Shown here: positions 58,309 to 64,000 of the stretch, piece after piece | Numbering within the stretch: position 1 is the stretch's first letter | Layout: each line of letters starts with the position of its first letter | Origin: Takakia lepidozioides | Taxonomy: Eukaryota > Plantae > Bryophyta | Length of the DNA stretch: 64,000 bases | Assembly: GCA_030704615.1 (NCBI GenBank) | Contig: CM060733.1 | Location: 4,340,001-4,404,000, forward strand | Direction of reading: 5' to 3' | Notes under the pieces: model-generated | Seen by the model: the letters and a program-made list of their open reading frames with translations, nothing else | The model's database searches: none | Told to the model about the DNA's origin: nothing | Translations under genes and position numbers: made by a program

Positions 58309-60317
58309 AACAAGCAGCATGCACGAAGGAAAGTGGAGTGTGTCAAAGGTCTTCGGTCAGACCGTGACCTTCCTTTGCTAAGAAGAGTTTCAACATACAA
58401 TTTTTGTGTTGGAATTCAACAGCTGGTTCTGAACTTTCTGTTAGCTATGCATGGTGAGGAAGGTTCATATGTGATCACCAGTAACAGCAGAGAAGTCATG
58501 TGTATTATTAGTGCAGATGTGTCCACAGCGGCAGGGAAGGGTAGGCATGAAGACAACTATCCTGAAGTTCCTGCCCTTGATAGTCTTGCACCCGAAACGG
58601 TTGAACGAGGGGATCCCCAAGATTGGTACTTCGATGACAAATGGTAATTTCCAGATGTGTACGAGGATGGCAAGGAAACCAAAAAAACCCCGAGTTGTTG
58701 GACTTGAAAGATTTATGCCAGAAATGGTGGAACGAGGGGATCTCCAAGCCTGGGTCCTCGGGCAACAGTTGGTAACCTTCAGTATCTTGACAAATGTCAC
58801 TCGCTGCATTTGCTTGCGACAAAGGGTTTGATATCGATTTCTCTCGATCATATTAATTCCAAGAGATTTCGCCACAAAATGATGGTCATGTGCGAGTAGT
58901 CAGATTCAGTCCACCTGGTGAGATGGAAAGTTTGAAGGATACAATTAGTTTTGCCACTTCCTACCAACACCAAAGGTGGTTCAGCCAAGGCTCCACGGAA
59001 TGATGAGGACAAGAATTATTCCAACTTGTAGACACAATAGCATTGTATCCTGAATGCTACTGGTCTCTCACTGCCCATTCGCACCAGTCATGGTTTGTGG
59101 TGACATGTGATTCATAAGTTCATGAGTACTGAAATTACTAATTTGCTGATGAACATGTATCCCATGCAGACCCGACAAATGAGAAAATGTCATATTACAT
59201 ATATTCCTCGGTTCTTCTCTGCTGCATCGTAGTTGTCTCACAGAATTCACTAAGCCAATAATTTCTCACAGCAGGACAGAGTTTTTTGAAGGGAAGTGCA
59301 CCCACATGTCATGGGGAGTGCCTCGATGACTGCAGTTCTATAGCCCCACTAAATTTGAGACCCAGTTCAGCAACAACCTGAAAGGTGGGGAAGGGTGAGG
59401 GGGGCCTAAGATGGATGCCTAAAAAGAAAGTGTGTGGGCCCTGGGGGAGGAAGTCAGGGACTCGACAAAACTGTCAATCTTCATTTTTTTACTCTTTCTG
59501 TAGATGAGAAAGTTGATAGTTGGAGTAAATCTGGGAGAAACCAGGTTACAGATCCGACATGTCCTTCTAAATTTTATGGGAAAGGGAGGACTGCATGGGT
59601 CTCCCTCCTTGCAGGTCCTTGGGAACTGGAATAAAATACAGCGTTCAGAAGCAAGCATCAAACAGCACTTCCTGGGGGTCCTCCAGGGATAAAGGGGACA
59701 CGTGGCATCCAAAGCCGCATACAGAGGTGTCATTCTCATGTTTAAAATGATGAGAAAACTACATGGGATGCTCTTCCCGACGAAGACAAAGGTTTCCTGG
59801 CATCTAAATCCAGACCTGGCCCATGAGTTCGGGAAGAAGAGTGTAAGGAGATCTCTACCAGTCTGCCATTTCCATGCATTAATGGAGCCTGCTATCATGA
59901 ATGTCAGTGTCCTTGGGACTTGTGTCCTGCCCAAATTCATAATTGCGGCTTACAGACGCTGTCAGGTGAACGATGATGTAGCCTCTGTATCATCCCACTC
60001 CAGTTGGATGCAGTTGACGTTGGATGCAGTTGACGTTAAGCAACCCTCTGCTGAAACGCCAGACTTGTTCTCTTCTGTTTCTCCAAGGCTAATGAGGATG
60101 GATGGGCAGCTTTTCAGGAGATGGGGGGAGTGGAAACGTGGAAACCTAGGATGTACAACACTAGTGGAAAGCCTGCTCCACGAAGCTCCGTCTCAGGCAC
60201 GAGTGCGACTGCTTCCCACCCACACATCCTGCTACCTCTGCTGCTGCTCACATGGGATTCTTACTAGCTTCCCTGAGGCTGGAGATCCTGACCGAGGGAA
60301 ACAGCTCTGATATGATA

Positions 60318-61010
60318 TGTCGTTACGTGTCGAAGGGTCGACACCCAAATTCGACACCCAAATACGACCCGGGAAAGACTCTGAACCTGACTGAGATACC
60401 TCAGGGAGTGGGAGTAACTTAATATGTGTATCGTTATCATCAAAAGAACGAGAGTGTCTTAGTTAAAGCTCTTAGGTGAAACCCAACAGACCGAGAAAAT
60501 GAGAAAGTGAGCTAAGTACGGTACTCCAAATCCTTCAGTACACAGAACACAATCATAGTGTGGATATTTTGAGGGCCCACTTTGCCACACCACAGAACTC
60601 GGAAGGGCCCAACTGTAGGAGTCGCAACTCCTAAAGGCCACTACCTAACCACCCAATAGAGCCAATGGATGGATCCAAGAGATTCCAAACACCCAAGCTG
60701 GCGTGTTTGATGACCAATAAGTTGCATATAAGGACACACATAGTGACGTGAAAACAGAATACCTGGTGTGTGTGTGGCCACATGGTGCGAGGAAACAATG
60801 GAGGGTGGAGGTCTAAATAAGGGCAGCAGAGTGGAGGGAGCGCAAGGCATGCATAGTGGGGCATTCAAGGCAGCACGGTGAACGCGTGCCTGTGAACACC
60901 CAGCGCTTCGCTTCCCCACCCACAGCCGCATTAAAGCCCATAACCTCGCATCATGCCATGCCCTGACACGTTACGGCCTTTAATCACCTCCACAATCCCC
61001 CCCACTTCTT
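60318..61010 (-). mobile_element. LTR retrotransposon remnant: polypurine tract plus ~677-bp 3' LTR (Copia-like junction)
   Basis: Minus strand reads GAAGAAGTGGGGGGAT|TGTGGAGG from 60994 and ends ...CGTAACGACA at 60318 (TG..CA). No pol sequence recognised. Confidence 0.55.
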
Positions 61011-61688
61011 CGCACTCTCAGAGCAATATTTAAACAGGGTTATTAGAAACAGGGGTAATTAGAGAAGGTGATCAAGCAAAGCAAGGCAGGAAAGGGAAAG
61101 GTTTGATGGTCTTACCTGCAGTGGATGGGTGCATATCCATCGAGGGAGCCATGATGAGGCACTTATTATCGCTTTCGGAGTAGCAATTATACGAGCTTGC
61201 GGTACAGGTGGGCCTCACTATCACAAACGCTGGACATGCAGTTCTGATTGCTAGAGCATATTCGCCCTAGATTTGTGTGCCTTCTCCTTGAAAGCCAGAC
61301 AGTTAGAGGCCACCACGGGTCATAGGCTACTGATTTTGATGGTTTACATTAGAGATGTTAGCTCAGTGCTTTGATGTCTGAAGCTGAAGATCTGCTTGCT
61401 ATGGAGGAGAAATTATGCTGGAAGAACAAACTGATTGTCAGGCTCTGAGGCTGATGTATGCAGCATCAGCCTGTGGTACTTCTTCACTCCAGGTGCAACT
61501 GACTCGTTGCTCAGCGTGGAAAAGTGCTCAGAGAGGGACAAAAAGGCTGACAACAATTCTGTGAGCAGGTTGTCCCTCTACCTATGTAACATGTTACAAC
61601 CAAATTTGATACTCCCTTCCTGTCTTGAGACAAATAGACGGGGGTGCAACCGATGATAGCGCCACATTTCCCTCCCCAAACAATCAAA

Positions 61689-61882
61689 CCAAATCTTCCT
61701 GCACAAACTTTCACTCACATTCATACAGCACAATCAACCAAATCTTCCTGCACAAACTTTCACTCACATTCATACAGCACAATCAACCAAATCTCCCTGC
61801 ACAAACACTTCCACTCACATTCATACAGCACAATCAACCAAATCTCCCTGCACAAACTTCCACTCACATTCATACAGCACAA
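61689..61882. repeat. 49-bp minisatellite, ~4 copies
   Basis: CCAAATCT(T/C)CCTGCACAAACTT(T/C)CACTCACATTCATACAGCACAATCAA repeated. Confidence 0.95.
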
Positions 61883-61986
61883 CTTTGTCCGACAGCCATA
61901 CTAAAGTAGCCAACACTCAAATATGGAACAACCAAGATAAGCTGCACACTATCATTGTATCCTCTGGCAGACTCAATGAGAGATAG

Positions 61987-62186
61987 CCAGAGGACACTGG
62001 AGTCCAGCAGCCATACGAAACCAATAGCAGCATCACACTTCAAACGTGGAAGAACAAATGATCCAACAACTTGCACATCTGGCAGAGCACACTGGAGTCC
62101 AGCAGCCATACGAAACCAATAGCAGCATCACACTTCAAACGTGGAAGAACAACATGATCCAACAACTTGCACATCTGGCAGAGCAC
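61987..62186. repeat. Tandem duplication of ~95 bp
   Basis: CACTGGAGTCCAGCAGCCATACGAAACCAATAGCAGCATCACACTTCAAACGTGGAAGAACAA..GCACATCTGGCAGAGCAC occurs twice. Confidence 0.95.
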
Positions 62187-63296
62187 CCTCATACTAACTT
62201 AGATACTGACAGAGGAGTGAGGAACATTCACAGTGCAGCAACACCTTGGCAATGAAATGCCTATTGAACCCCTGGGTATTGGCATGAGAAATCTAGCCAA
62301 AGAAATCAACAAGCTTAAAAAATTCTGTTTACGATGCATAACAACAAGTCTGGGTCATAACTTTGCTTCAGCCAACTTTATTGTCCTATGCAACCGTCCT
62401 GAACTCAACAAAATTCTTCACAGCTAACCCTACCTTGAATGCTTACTGTTCAACTCCCACCTCTCATATCACATGAAGACAGCAGGGAAGGAGGATAAGA
62501 TAGCATGTGCATGTATGTACGCTGTGTCCACATTCCTCAATTTCCTGCCCTGAGAGCACAAACTTCACCCTAGTCCTGTATCCAAGATACCACGCTTTGT
62601 GGTCCACCAAGGTATTTGATGTCTACATGGAGAAGTTGAATACTCTAGCGGAGCTGATTCAGAGTCTGGTTATCAAAAAAGGAATAGACACTGTACAAAG
62701 AGAGCCTAAGATGCGGAAAAGAAAGGAAATAACGACCACCCCAAGACTAGCTCACAATACGAGCTTTCACTACTCTACTCTTACCTCCACTGAATCTGCT
62801 AATACTACGAAAACCTGAAACAATGGCCCCAAGAATGAAAGGCAAAACTTTCCGCGAGGAAAAATAAAGTGGGGATGTTTCCAGTATAAATGCCTGATGC
62901 CTAAAAGCTTCTGACAGCAGCACACTTTGGCTGCCAGAAGACGTATGTCAATACCTCCTGACCGATGCACTTCGTGAAGAGTAGCAGCCCATTTGGTCAA
63001 TGGTACATAATGACCCATCTACAAAACCACTCCCAATGTCCCATGCCAAGTTACCTGCAGGAGTAAAATACACTACAGTGCAAGTGAACCCGATTTCCAC
63101 AAAACAAATGAAAAGAAGATGTTGTAACGGGAGTAAGGGAAACCTAAACATCTACGAGAAACTTGCTAACCACCAGATGAGATGGTTACTATCAGTATCA
63201 GAGTTGAATGTTGTGCAAAGCATATCAGGTGCCTCATGGTCAGTGTTAATGGTGAGACTCATAGTGGTGTGAGATGTTAGAAGCCAGAGAGTGTAT

Positions 63297-63726
63297 TCAC
63301 AAGATCACACAATTCTTTTGCTTCTTCTTCTTCTTCTTCTGCTTGGGTGGCTGCAGCACCACCTTGATTGCCGCATCAAACACAGCCTTTACATTCTGCA
63401 AACCCTCCCATAAAGAAAAAGCATGGTTCAGGACTTTCTCCCAGTAAGGTGACAGCATGTGGATGTAATACATATGTGCTTCTGCAAGACAACCACGATG
63501 CCTCCTTCAACTTTGCTGCTAAGGCATTCTTTAATTTGGCTCATAGTTGAAATGCAAAACCACAAGTCAGCACATGATTGCAGGTGGATCTGAGCTTCTA
63601 CCATGTGTCACTAAAAACAATCAAAAAAGAAAAGAAATAGCAAAGGCGATCACTAAACACCTGCTGTGTCTTTGAGCTGCACTCAATATAGGAGGCTGCA
63701 CCAATTGTCTTCCTCAGCTCCTCACC
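63297..63726 (-). CDS. ROP: ROP/RAC small GTPase, last two coding exons (gene continues beyond the window)
   Basis: Exons 63726-63661 ([22 protein letters not shown]) and 63395-63297 ([32 protein letters not shown]), with a polybasic tail and CaaL prenylation box. Confidence 0.95.
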
Positions 63727-64000
63727 CTGTCAGAAGAATAAAATCAAACATTAGAACCAAACAAAGGACAGATAGGAGAATGAAAAATTAAGAGAAGCTA
63801 CATGGCTTCATTGGATTCATGGGACAGAGCTGTCTGTAACTTACTAGGCGAGACAAACCTAAACCTCGGATAGGGAGGACATTGCATTAAGATGAAAGCA
63901 CCAGTCAACCGACATTATTTCTCACCAGTATTATTCATTATCAGAAAATTTTGTGCATCTAACACACTCACACAGAGGAGACACAACTAGCTTGATGACA

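Noticed and set aside
61689-62186. CRISPR-like array
   Set aside because: Contiguous tandem units without unique spacers, in a eukaryotic context.
63315-63345. (CTT)n microsatellite
   Set aside because: It encodes the ROP poly-lysine tail.

Overview
Eukaryotic, intron-rich nuclear DNA from a seed-free land plant. It is probably a moss or other bryophyte with heavy organellar RNA editing; this is inferred from the ROP C-terminus QKNCVIL and the homogeneous PLS-PPR arrays. Spliced genes: a YtqB/MnmM-like methyltransferase (+), a long TON1/FOP-like gene with a probable GC-AG intron (+), a secreted tandem DUF3455-like protein (+), proteasome ATPase RPT3 (-), an unknown beta-strand-rich protein (-), and the last two exons of a ROP GTPase (-). 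There is also a small intronless ORF ending in a GYWVGP-x-x-DDGWG motif (-). One PLS-PPR family appears in four states: decayed pseudogene fragments (0.9-3.4 kb), an intact DYW editing factor (42.9-45.4 kb), a DYW-truncated copy (54.1-56.1 kb) and a frameshifted DYW copy 70 bp downstream of it. The last two are linked by in-frame GT-AG signals. The most striking non-genic signal is an RTEX-like non-LTR retrotransposon family with five insertions. All five are intronic and sit directly behind a (TC)n tract on the element's sense strand. They have no poly(A) tail, only ~6 nt of 3' UTR, and share a 3'-terminal stem-loop region. This pattern suggests a microsatellite-targeting LINE. Family and clade names are from recalled motifs, not database searches.
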